A stretch of DNA of 38,029 nt from Trichosphaerium sp. ATCC 40318 (Eukaryota; Protista; Tubulinea): the NCBI GenBank assembly GCA_038496445.1, contig JALMLS010000431.1:1-38029 (forward strand), written 5' to 3'. The notes beneath the pieces are model-generated. The model worked only from the letters and a program-made list of their open reading frames with translations, was not told the DNA's origin and ran no database searches. The position numbers were made by a program, and so were the translations under genes. Numbering within the stretch: position 1 is the first letter of the stretch; every line of letters begins with the position of its first letter. Below, one piece after another: positions 11,886-25,000 of this stretch.

Positions 11886-13555
11886 TTAAGCAAACTCTGA
11901 TTTTACAGTACCAACAACTTCTTCGTCACTGTCATCATCATCATCGTCATCAACATCCATTAAATCAATTGCTTCACTCAAATTACCACCTTTTTCTAAA
12001 TAAGGGCGTAAGCAAATAGATTGGCAGTCTATCCGTTAATTACCTGGTGTATTGTCTCCTGTCAGGTCTATTTCTGCTACACCTGTAGAAAGTTGCTCCG
12101 TCTGCATAGAAGCTGGTGTGTTATCTGTTGCATCGAAGTGTGTACGTGGTTTGCTTTCTAGAGCGTATGCGCCTGTGTCATCAGATACAGCGCTTATAAA
12201 GTGTATATCGTTTTGTATTGTAGAGTCAGCCCCTGAGCAGTGAGATAAGTTTGACTAAATTACCAAAATAAAATCGTACCTGTAGCTTTAAGGGCAATTT
12301 GTAATTGTTTGGCAATACGCTGTGCGTGCTTTTGTGCTATTTTTGTCGCTTGTAGTATACGCATAGCATCTAGAGGAAGACCTCCAGATTTTTGTAATGC
12401 ACATATTTCTTTTTGAGGATTAAGAGTTATTGTCATTTTACCATCCATTACTTTTTCTTCTTTCCAACTTGGATCAAGGCATATTATATCCTAAAATAAC
12501 GATTTAATAATTGTTTCTTTTTTTGGCGGACATGAAATGTATCAAACAGAAAAAAAAAAGAATAGTTTGATCGTTAATTTCTCTTACCTGACCATCGATG
12601 TCAAACAATCCAAATGTAACACTGATTGGTGTGTGGTGAATTGATAGTGGTACAGGATCTTTTTCTTCAATAGAGTGCTATATAAACGGAATTAGGAAGT
12701 GCGATAGTATGCCTACAAAAAGTACAACAGAAAACTCACCACTGTCACTTTTTCGTTATCAATAGAAACAGCCGGTCGTCTAAAATGACGCAACGAGGAT
12801 ATTGCAGCTATTCCAGCAGCATCTTGGATATTTCCATCATCATCTAATGCTTTATGTCAGTTTGTGACGAATATGTAAAGATTTTTTTTTGGCATGTGTC
12901 AAATGTCATTTTGAGAAATTGGTATTTTGTCGCTTTGTTTACGCACTTAGAACGTTGACATTCACTGTGACCTTCCAAACTTTCTCTCCTGCTGCAATAC
13001 ATAGTGTTTCAGTGTCTATGGCGTTACTCTGGCGAATACCACGCTCAATAACTCTAATTAATTCAATGTCCTCCGGTTTACCTCTGATTAGGTTAACAGA
13101 TTACGTTTGCGTTGATTATCATGCTAATAAAGAAAGGAAAAAACTGTTATTTGTCTGTTAGCCTTGTTTGTACCTTCCTTCCTCGTGCGCAGGTGATGCT
13201 ATAGGCGAACAGATAACATTAAGCTGAAAGAAACCTTCTGTGGGCCTTTCAGGATAAGGCTGAACAATTTCTGCTGTACATGTAGAATACACTCTATTAC
13301 GTTCGTAAGTGTCCACACATAGCGGCAATGATATATTTTGCGTCTTTTTTTTGAGAAAACGCCGTTAAATGCGTACATCGTTTTGCCAAGCTGTAATTGT
13401 ACACTTCCAGGCGATTTTGAGAAAGTAATTTGTAGAGAACGAAAATCATTTATACGTCGTCCATCGACTCTCAAATCCTTTGAAAGTGCATCCCTGATGA
13501 ACTTGCGTTCGTTGGCGGACACAATATCATCTTTGTTAGGGTTGCCAAGCGACAT
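11886..13555 (-). CDS. RRP45: Exosome complex component RRP45 (EXOSC9), RNase PH family, multi-exon
   Basis: ERKFIRDALSKDLRVDGRRINDFRSLQITF, QPYPERPTEG, AIDTETLCIAAGEKVW, DDGNIQDAAGIAAISSLRHFRRP, DPVPLSIHHTPISVTF and EICALQKSGG are all present. An acidic tail ends at TAA 11886-11888. Confidence 0.92.
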
Positions 13556-13678
13556 TCAAACAAATTGGCGAACAAAATAAAAAAAAACAATTCAAAAAAA
13601 AAAACTTGCTTAAACTTTTTTTAGAAGGCAGCTTTATACACGTGCGTGGCCAGTAGAGAAGCGAAACTGTAGTACTAC
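13556..13678. promoter_or_regulatory. Compact bidirectional promoter between RRP45 and dymeclin, containing CACGTG
   Basis: The divergent ATGs (13555 and 13679) are 123 nt apart, with CACGTG at 13639-13644. Confidence 0.55.
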
Positions 13679-16600
13679 ATGGGTTCGGCACTATCTGGAC
13701 TGGCCTCAACGCCTCAGATAGAATTTTTCTTTGGTCCGTCATCAATTGCAAACCTTGATAAAAAAGAACAATTACAATACTGGGATGCGCTATTAGACTT
13801 GCAAGTGGAGAATTCGAGCGAATTAGCCGAGGCCATTCCAATTGCGTCTTTGAAGGCTTCTTTTGGTACGTAGCATTTAAATACTTGCGCCAACGATAAA
13901 TGAAGTGTTTCCCAGTTTTTTTGGCTCGCCTGTCAACGTTGCTTGTTCGGACGCGCACTCAAAACACAAAGAATAGGCTATTCACGCCAAAACAATCTCT
14001 AACGTTTACATCAGGCCAAAATGATGAGTCTTCTAACAACTATTCATCACTTATTGCTCAAACAACGCATTTGCTGTATTGTGCAAGCGCCAAGCATGCC
14101 TACCAAATGAACAAAACGCTCATTGCCGTATTTCTTCTTAGGCTACTCACACAGTGGCTGATTGAGCGAGAGACGCCCAAGATACTCTCAAAGCTTTGCG
14201 TAACACGAGATTTTGTTGATAAAAATGTCCTGACACTGAAACCAAATGCCAAACCGGTTAAACCATCCAAAGGGAATGGCAGTACGTCTCAGGAAATTAA
14301 TATTAGCTTTAGATGGCTTCAGAATTGTTTTCAAGCGATTTTATTATACGTGTTTTATTGCGCTTACAACGTGCTAGATGGTATGGTTGATCTCGCAGAG
14401 GATCTAGTTATCGCAGCTACTGAGTTTTTAATAGAGAAAGATATAAAGTACGAGTCATGTGTCACTTTTTAACTGAGTGTCGAAGTGTCATTTGTTTAAA
14501 TTGTAATATTATCATTTTAACATTCTTCTAGCCCTGATACTGTTGCAATTCATGAAGAAGTTCTTAAATTAATAATCACCTTATTGTCGTCTCAATTGGG
14601 CCGTACTGGTGACGACACGTACGTAGTATCTTTCTAATTGCATTTTTGTTCATAATAAAATAGGGAAGTTAAAGACGATGACTTGTTCTTTCGCGCATTT
14701 TTAAACTCGCCATCTGTTAGACATGTACAGTTGGTAGAGACTCTTGTTTTGCATTATATAGTACAACGTCACCCTTCTACAGGCGTTGGGAGTTATTATG
14801 ATTATATGAATACGCTAGGATATGCTGCAGGTGCGTTCTAAACCAGTGAAGATTCTTTTCGTTTTTGTGGTAGGGTAATAACAAAATTAACTAAAATTAG
14901 TTGCTTTGGTGTTTCTGCCAATCACTTTGCCATCAAAATGGATACACGGTGTCTATAAATACTTTTTTATCAAAGGTGGCGAAGCACCTGAAGGTGACAC
15001 GCTGAATATGCCAATGAACTGGACCCTTGGGCAGCCGCCACAAGGTGACTTTGCCATGCTAATTTTATTAATTCTTGCCAATACTACTAATGGTGCGCTT
15101 TCATTTAACTCATTGAACGTTGACGTTTTTAATTGATGCAGATAATCCATATAAACGCATTCTTGGTGATATGAACGACCTAGGTGCGTATCTCTGTAAA
15201 GGTTCTAGACTGTTTTCGCTGACAGGCCTTTGTAGCTTCTAATAAAGATGAAGATGAGGAAGATAAAGTAGACAGTAAAACTTTTGCTTTACCATACAAG
15301 AGGATCTTAGTGGAGTTATCTAAACGTATCACTCAGGATGAACACTCTATTATATTTCTCTACCACTTGATAAACGACAATGCATTGTTTAGAGATTACG
15401 TTTCATGGCATGTTGATCTAGACACAATAGTACGTTAAATTGATTGCATTTTACCTTGCTGACGCATAGATATTAAGATTATGCCTATGCTTGAGCTTTT
15501 GTATAACGCCAAGAAACACAATCCCAGAACAATTCACCTTGTACTCGTAATATTGCTAATGTTAACACAAGACAAGACGTTTACAGAAAATGCACAGAAG
15601 CTTGTACGTTTTTTTTTGTAAAAGTGTGAACTTAGAATTAATATCTGATGTTCAGATGAAAGATTCTGTGCCGTGGTACAAAGACGCACGTGTTACGAAC
15701 ATATCTTTGGGCGGTATAATCACGCTTGTACTAGTACACATGATAAATTTTAGTATCACAAAACTCAAGGTAATAGCCTTTCTTTTTTGTTGCTGTTACT
15801 TTGTCTAACCTTATTAGAGTACTTTCATGCATAGCTACTGTTTGGCAATATTGGGTAATATGTCGGGTGCGTGATTAGGCGTTTTTTTGTCTCGTTTTTG
15901 ATCATGGGAATACCTTACTTTTTACTAGCACATGTTGTCAACCTACACACGCACGTTTCATTTAGAATGTTACAGTTGCTGAATATGCTTTCAATAAAAT
16001 ATCAAGCGCTACTGAAGTACACTATTTTCGTAGTGTTGGTACAAAACTAACAGTAGTTAGAAAACGGCAAGAAATTAGTGGGGAAGAACGAAATACACAT
16101 GGTGACGATGAGGTACTGTAAAAAAATTTCGCCCTTTTTTTTTTTGAATAACGTCTGACACTGTGTTCAGTGCGCAACCTATGAAAATAATTTGAGGACT
16201 GTATTGGAGATTCTAAATAGCACGTTGAGTCACAAGCTTGTGCAAAATCCAAGTCTAGTGTATGAATTGTTGCATAAGCAACAAATGTTGATGCTATACA
16301 ATAATCACCCTGGATTTTCAGATGTCATTAACAACCTCACATCAGTGCGTGTCTAATTATTGATAATTATAAAACAATAGCTCATGAATTCTAATTACAT
16401 CATGAGATTACGATTCACTTCAGTAACCTTGTGAAGAAGCAAAATATAAAAGAAGTCACGCCCGATAAAATTTTAGAGGTACAATTGTGTTTTTCGTTTT
16501 CCTTTTTAGGCTCCATACACAATTATGTAAAATATAATTTTTTCATCCTCTTTATGTATCTTATTCTTCACAGGTTATTAAGTATGGATCATTTTCGTGG

Positions 16601-16853
16601 AAGCCAGGATCGCTGAAGGCAAACCTTTTATTTGTTTTTTTTTGTGTGTTTTTTGTAATTGTTTTCGTAGCCTTTGTCTCAACTACAGTTTCAATATGAA
16701 GAACAACCTACTAGCGATTTTTTTTTACCACATCTATGGGAAATCATTTATGCGACTTTCCCACAATTGCCTTTTGATCCACAGCACATTACAATATTTG
16801 ACCCTTATCACGTATTACAAAGACCGACAAATAACGTACAATTACCATTTTAG
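13679..16853 (+). CDS. DYM: Dymeclin (Golgi protein), multi-exon
   Basis: Myristoylatable MG start. Conserved blocks IFLYHLINDNALFRDYV, LVLVILLMLTQDKTF, VPWYKDARVTNISLGGIITLVL, HSYCLAILGNMS, LEILNS...NPSLVYELL and FQYEEQ..DFFLPHLW. The 3' end is approximate. Confidence 0.88.
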
Positions 16854-17505
16854 TGGTCTCACAAAAAGTACCATGCTAATTTCTGACATTAATAGGTTGA
16901 TGGTGACACGTAACCAATAGCAGAACAAAACCAATTTTGTAAATAATAATTTATGGCGATTTGACAGTATTCACGTTTAACCGACTATCTACGGACTAAC
17001 AAGTACCTCGAATACTTTATACAACCAGATTTTTCAAAACTTGCAAGTATAAAATAATTTGTTTTACGTTCTGAATGAATTTCCGCGAACTTGATGAAAA
17101 CCGTAAAAAGTTTTCATGAAAGAAACCGAGTTTAAACGTCGGAGACGTTTTTTAGTTTTGTGAGGTTGGGGAAGGAAAACCAGTATTAATTTGTCTTTGC
17201 TAGCAACAATGAATTAATAGACACGTCTTTGCAAACATGGTTATTCTCAGTATCCACGTCACCAGCTTATTTCGGTCTTCGTTCGAGCGTTTATACTCAC
17301 ACTCGATCTATTTGACCCATAAACCTTTTGAAACAACTCTTTTGCCCTAGCGTATGGGTATCTAAATCTAGTCTTTGAATCTGATTCCTAACATTAACTG
17401 AACGTTTTTACAGCCGTACACAACTGAAAAAATCGAAATTTCGTTTTTTTTTCACAAACTTTTGACGAAAACCATTATTACTTACTGCACACCAACATTA
17501 CAACA

Positions 17506-20500
17506 ATGCTAAAGCGTACGTAGAATATCTTGCTAAGGCTTCCGACCCCTTCCTTGCTACACACAAAACTAGCCAACCTTGTTTTCACTCACTTTCCGAC
17601 GTTTTTCGTTTTCGAGAAGCATCGCTTTATCCTTTTACTTTTTTACTTGCTATCGTGGGTCTAACCGTCTATATAGTTGTTGTCTTTGTTGCACTTTTTG
17701 CTATTGCTTTAGCAGGCAAAGACGGTTACTGCCAACATGGTGGTACTTTTACTCCAGAACTAAGCGGTGTATACCGCATTCAAAACGTTGGGTACGCAAA
17801 TAGCGAGAAAAATCAAAAACACAATTGTGCTGTTTTCAGCAAAAATCTTCGGACTTTAAACTCCTTTTGGCGAACAGGGTGATTGTTTACTTACTCTTTG
17901 TATTAGCTCTTCTATTCTATCTGATTTAACATGCCTTCGTATGGAGAGTGTTTTTGCTCCTGGCGCTCCTGCCGCCTTTTCTTGCGATTTTACAGAATTG
18001 GGCAACAAACTCGGTGACGTACGCGTTTACTGGGAATTGAGAGGTCCTGCCAACGACACCGGTAAAATGACTATCTTCGGTATGGTTTACGGTGGCGCTG
18101 CTCAAATTCCTTCCCGCGAGTTTGTATCTTCTACAGCGGAACAATACGTTCTTAAGTACGAAATCGAGTTTGCTCGCCTCGCTTCTCCAGTTGAAGAAAC
18201 ACCTGCAAATGGCTCTACACCAGCAGTTGTCAGAGAATGGGAATCTACTTCCTCTGCCGGTTCCTTAAAGGGAAAAGACTCCAATGGAAACGTCGTAACT
18301 CTGTACGCTTGATTTTTGTGTATAAAAAAAACTTCATATTCACCTTTTCTTTTTCTTTTTTTTTTGAACCAAATTTTCTTATTTGTCTTTCTAGCGTCGA
18401 ATTCACTGGCAGAGTTGATCCAGCTAAATCTTACGCCCATGCCATGGGCTCTGGATTTATGGGTGTATCTGATTACGTATCTGTATGGGGTACATTAACT
18501 CCTACACCTGCCTATCTCGCAACACCAGCTCCAACTCAGGCTGTACCAACTTCTCAGTTTGTACTAATTGGAAACGTCGGTCACCAGTGTAAAGGATGTC
18601 GCAGAGACATGCACGCTGGAAGATTTGTTTACTGCAATGGGTATTATCAAGGCTCAACTGTAACCAACTGTGCATGGACAGGAGGTGCTGGAGAGTGCTC
18701 GTTCCCAAGAAGAACAAATGTTGGCGCTGCAGAATGCGAAAGCTTGTGTGCTGCCGATTCTAGGTGCAGATACTACAAGATGTACTCCGGACATATATGC
18801 AACATGTACTACATGGACAGATGTAATCCAGAGGGAAATAGCCAAGGTCTACTCTACATGAAGGACTTAAACTACAGCCCAAACAACACAGTTAGTCCAA
18901 CTGCTCCCCCTCCTCCTCCTACTTCTGGATTAAACGACCTTCACCTAGTCCTCACTTCTTGTGTTGATTACTGTGATATCGGTGATGCATTTTTCCCACA
19001 AGTCTCTGGACGTTATGAATTAGATGCACCTACGTACGTGTTTGTTTGTTTTATTTTCGTTTTTCTTCTTTTATTCTAACACTTATCTATTAGTTTCGAC
19101 TACTTCTTCGAATATGAAGTTTCTAACTCCAACATTGCTGCCGAGCCATCCACTTGCGATCTAAACCTTGACAACACTCAATGGTCAACAGATATTGATA
19201 GAGTCATTGAGGATACCTCCCTTTCCGCTTCTGGAACCGTAGCTTCAAGCGCCGGCTGTGTAAATGTTACAGCTCAAGGTGCCCTCTCCCTCACTATGGA
19301 TATCTCTCAAGACAGATACTGGACTCTCTCAGGTTCTTTCGCTGGAAACGGTAACACATACAGCGCTGCTGGTGTTGCTGGAGAAACTACATCTAAAGTT
19401 GGTACGCATACATACACGATTTATAAATTACTATTTGTTTGTGATCAAACGTAAAATATTCTTATTTTTTTTTATTTTTTTTTCTTCAGGTCAATGTCTT
19501 CCAAAATCTGCTATTGGTACCGGTAACGGCCAATGTGCCCCATCCAAAGTATCTCCGCTCACATCACTCTTTGATACTTCCATTGACGCTACTTTAAGCG
19601 CTGGAGTATTGAACTTGCAAGTATCTACCCCATGGGAAGAAACCTTTGTTTTCGATACAAACAACTATGCCTTGAACACAACCGTTACCTTCAAGCCATA
19701 CGTAGTTGAAAAATACTCAACAATCCCACGTCCAGACCGCGTATGTGACTACACTCCATTCAAGACTGGTGGTGATGCACCATGGAATGTCAAGGAACCT
19801 GACTTCTCCGCTGACTGTAGATCTACATACCAAGCTTCATGGAATGTTGCTGATCTTGTCACTGATGGTTGTCACACACGTGTCTACTGTAGCGAAAACA
19901 ACCAACCAGAAGCCTCCCCATCCAACTCTGCTTGTGATCCTGACTTGTGTGTATCTGGTACTTGCTACAAAATCTACGAATTTGAGTTCTCTGTCGACAG
20001 ATTCTACAATGTGTCAGCACATACTCTTGGCGTACAAGCTATTCGTCTAGCTGGTGATGAACACAGAATCGTTCTTGTCACCCCATGGATCCTCACCGGT
20101 GAAGTAACCGTTGATTACATCGCTCCACCTGATGTACAATGGGCTGCTGTCATTCCACTCTTGAAGTACTCTCTCGATCCTCTATTTGACGCAAATGGCA
20201 ATGAACAAGCTTCTTCAGGTTCTTGGTACGTCCTAGTCAACCCAACACGTTTTTTAAGTGTAAATCACATTACTTACTTTATTACAGGGAATTTGAAGTT
20301 AAAACTGGTCTCCGTGCTCCTTTCGAGCTCATTGAAGTCGGTACTGGTAAACTTACACGTCAATCAACTGGTTCTCCATACGAGGTTGACTATGTCATCG
20401 AAAACACATGTGCTGGTCAATACAACGACTCCAACCCAACCACTACCTTGGGCGAACAAGTGTGCACACAAAGAATCCGCGTTTTCTTCCCAGAGTGTGA

Positions 20501-21221
20501 AGACCTCTCCACTCGCTACTCATACCAATTCACCAACCTATTTTACACCTGTGATGCTGGTGCTCGTATCTTATGGCCTGAATTCTGCGTCAACAACCTT
20601 ACACAATCAGCTATCCTCAATGTTGATATTGTCGGCACTCAATCATGTGAAGATATCCGCGAAGAAGTTGTTGTTGGCGGTGTTGAACTTGCTTCTTATG
20701 TATCTGACTGGTCTGATACTATCAAGACATACCTCTTCGGTACCGATGACATGAAACTCCGATTCGAAGTTAAAGCAACAAACCCAACAAACGTTGCTTG
20801 TGAAGGTGTCCCTCCAATTGATGACCTTGTCTTGACAAAGTTCTCTGCTGGTGAAAGACTATTGAACACCGGTACACCTGCACCTCTTGTTGATTACCCA
20901 ACATCAGTATGTCAACGTGTTGTAGTCCCACAAGGTGACTGTGACAAACCATGTGTATACTGCTGTGTTGTCGACCCAACTGATGTTGATATCAACATTG
21001 GACCTAACGAGCCAGCTACATGGTGGACAATGAGAGAATCTATTGAAGTACAATGGACCGGTTTCACAAAGAAATCCGTGTTGGAGATTACCACTCCAAC
21101 TACACAAGCTGCATCTGCTTCCGCTGATGTAAGAATGCAAGCACCTGCCTCTACTAGCGGTGTTTCATTTGTTCAACCATTGTTCTTTTTGGTTGTTGCT
21201 CTTGTTGCCCTTTTATTCTAA
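17506..21221 (+). CDS. Secreted Cys-rich surface protein with PAN/Apple-like module and probable GPI-anchor signal
   Basis: The micro-exon ATGCTAAAGC (17506) splices to give the signal peptide MLKLVVFVALFAIALA. AAECESLCAADSRCRYYKMYSGHICNMY is PAN-like. The C-terminus ASTSGVSFVQPLFFLVVALVALLF* has a hydrophobic tail and no cytosolic part. Confidence 0.75.
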
Positions 21222-22016
21222 AGGAATAACCGTGTATTTAAAATAAACCCCAGCTTCCCAAACTATTGTTTTTTGTTTTTCTGTTAAAATTGCGTCATTA
21301 CAGTGTGTATGATTTTTTTAAAGACAACCCTTTCACTTCCGTGGTTATCGTAGTTTTGCCGTGAGAACTTCTGATGCGTATCTTATTGATCTGTTTTCGG
21401 TATTTACCGCATACACAAATGTACTTGTATTCAGGGCAAACTATACGTGTTTGTAAAAGATTGGCGATTGGTGTAAATTAGGTGTACCCGCTACCGCCTC
21501 TATGTAAAAAGTTGTTTATGGTACTTTAAAAAATTTTAGCCGTCTTTGTTTGGTTTGTCCACTATGGGAACATCATGAGTTGTTATAGCAACGTAAATGG
21601 TGTACATTGTCGCCAAAACAACTTGTTAGGTCGTAAGTGATGGCACTTGTTCACGTCATAAAGAACAGAATATAGTCGACACGTGATTTACAAATCTCGC
21701 CGTGTCTGAGCCTCATGCAACTACCAAAATAAATTCAAGTAACGTATAGCAATGTATTGGGTTGATGTACCCAATAATCCCCATAAGTGTCCAAGCTTGC
21801 AACTTTAGTTCCGCCGGCTTCTTGAAATTTTGCTATTGATTTTGGCTAAATAGCAGTGCCAAACTATCATCGTTTTTTGGTGATGTAGACCGAAAATCAA
21901 GGTTCGGGAAATAAGAAACCCCGTAGATTTGGTTTTTTTTGTGACACCCGAAATGCATATAAGTCAAAACGGGTAAAAACTCTGTGTGTTGAAAAACATT
22001 TAGAAAAAAGTTCAAG

Positions 22017-25000
22017 ATGCCCGCGTCAAATGCAACACAGTTGCTTGTGATGCTGCGCAAGAACTATTGGCTCAAGAAACGCAGTCCTATCGGTACCGCT
22101 TGCGAAGTCGTGCTACCTATTTTTTTTGTACGACCCTATATTACTTGAGATACATGTCAACGTCAATTAATTGCTTGCTAGGCGTTTTTAGCGGCTTTAT
22201 TGGTGTTTTTGATTATTAGACTATCCAGCGGCGAGAACAACCAGCCTGTTGAGATACCGGCTGTGTTTGCAAAGAGGTACGATAAATTAGCGTCAACGCC
22301 GTTTTTCCGTCGATAAACGATCTGTCCCAAATGTCGCTGTTCAACGTCTCACAACTACTACAGTCTTGTAGAATGCCTTTCTGTAACATCTGGAGACTAT
22401 TCAGCTTGCAAATTTGGTGTAACACCTGCGAACAACCAAGACGTAGCAGACATATCTGAGGTTATCCTAGAACGCGTTATGGCGCCATTATCAAATAATA
22501 GTTTGTTACCGCTCCCACCGATGTTCAACACTTCTTCAATGCTGCAATTTTTTAACACAGAGGCTGACATGAGGAGCTTCTATGACGACAACTATGCTAG
22601 GTTGTGGGTTGGTACGAACGAACAAGGATTTTATAAAAATTTCTGTTTTTAGTAGCACATACTTTAAAATCATCAAAGTCGTGTTTTAATTTTAAAATTT
22701 GTTACGTTTGATGACTTTATGGAGTGTTAACACGCGCTACGTATCACTGTTCCACGTGGGCGGAATATCTATTTGCCGCACTGAAACTGACTTTCTTCAA
22801 GGCCTCGTTTTTGAACCATCAACCTCTGGTCCAACGGGATATAATTACAGATTGCTTATGAACGAGACGTATTTACCTTTCAGGTACAAAAAACAGTAGA
22901 GACGGAGAATTGTTACAAAACTAACAAAACTTTATTCAGAGTTGACAACGCCAACTGTCGTGATCAATTGACATCTAGCCGTCCTACCGAAGATACATCG
23001 TGCGTATCTAGTACTTTTATTTTTTCAAACCGGGAAGATCTTTTTTATTGTGCTGATGTATGTTGCTAGCGCGTCAGGATTTCTGTTTATCCAATTCCAA
23101 ACGGAGCTGACGCTCCTACAGTTCGCATTAAATGCCCTCAACTCAACCTTGCAGGCAACTTTTAATGTAACAATTCAACAATTCCCAACCACAGGTCGCG
23201 AATCTCTTGATTGTATTATGGCAGAGGTCTTTCCAGCGGTACGGAATACAGCCCACGAAAAGGATTTTTTTTGATTACTGACTTTTTTTTTCAGATTTTG
23301 GTTTGGTGTTACGTTCCAACGTGTATTGTACCAGTTCTTGCACTTGTCCGTGAACGTACTCAAAAAATTAAATCATTGATGGAGATGATGGGTTTGAATT
23401 CAAAGGTACAACAACAAAATCATCAAATCGTTTATTGTTTTTTTTTCTTTTCTGAGCTGCTGTTCTGTTCAAGAATTATACTGAATTGCGTAGATGTACT
23501 GGCTCTCTTGGCTTATAACAATGTCCATTCCCGTATTGATTGCTCACATTTCAATTTTTATATTTGGCTACGCATTTGGTGTGTTTGGTCACAGGCATGT
23601 TGCATTCACTAATAAGACTTGAACTAATCTCGTATTTAGTAATTTCATACTGCTGCTGATTTTCTACTTTCTGTGGGGCACATCAGTCTTAGCCTTTGCT
23701 TTCCTTATTTCTAACGCTGTATCAAACGCAAAGCTCGCAGGTGTTATTGGATTCTTCTTTATCTATCTTGTGCCTAATTTGTCCACTGCTCTTGTTTGTA
23801 CGCTTGAAATCTATTTTTTTTTGACGTGTTGTTTAGTGATGTGATACTTACTATTATAATTAGCTACTGGTCCTGGACTCATCTATATCGTAAGCCTACT
23901 ATCTCCGGTAGCTTTTCTTTTTGGCAACCGAGTGATAGTTGAGGCTGAAGTTCGTGAAGTTGGTATTAACTTCAGCAATGCTGGGACAGCTCAGTTCTCC
24001 CTTTATGCCCTGATGTTCATGCTTGTTATCGACACTCTTATATACTCTTTTTTTGCGTGGTACTTCAGCCAATTGAATGGAGGTAAACTTAAGCAATACA
24101 ACGGATTTTCAAACTAATGTTTTTAGGCGGCCTTGGCGCAAATGCCCAAAAGTGGTACTTTCCGTTCCAACCAAGTTTTTGGTGTCCTTCAAAAACCCAA
24201 AAGAAAAGAAGGAAGACTGTTAGAACAGATGCAGGTACGGTACTTCTTGTATTACTACCGCTCACTTGATAGTAGTTGGTGACCAAGAGGGTATTGATAC
24301 AGCTATAAACATGAAGACGAAGAAGAAAAAGAATATTGACGAAGACGCTTTTGAAGATGTTGACGAAGATCAGGAGATTGGAGTGTATATTCAAGGCTTA
24401 ACAAAGCGATTTAGAAACAAGACTGAAGATATTGACATTGTAGCTGTAGACGATATGAATTTGGAGTTATATAAGGGTCAAATATTTGCTCTTTTAGGTC
24501 ACAATGGCGCTGGAAAATCAACCGTACTCTTTTTTTAATTCATGCGTTGGTTCTTATACTTGTATAGACAATCAGCATGCTCACAGGTTTACTTGCACCT
24601 TCTAGTGGAGATGCCGAGATTGAGGGATACAGTATTTTGAGCCAAATGGACTACATTAAAGATGTCATTGGTTACTGCCCTCAGGTAAACTTTTCTCTAG
24701 CTTACTTGTTTTTGTTAACTTGGTTCTTTAGCATGATATTTTAATGAGTCAACTGACTGCTAAGGAACATTTGATATTGTTCGGCACCCTAAAGGGAGTT
24801 CCCTCTGACAAACTGTCATCTACCATTGATAAAGCTCTCGCAGAAGTCGGTTTGCAAGCAAAAAAAAATAAGACTGTGCACGGATTTTCAGGAGGCATGA
24901 AGCGTCGCTTGTCACTGAGTATTGCAATGATTGCTGATAGATCAGGCACGAACCGCTTTTCTATTTTCAACCACTAACTGTTTTTACCCAGTGTTATTCT

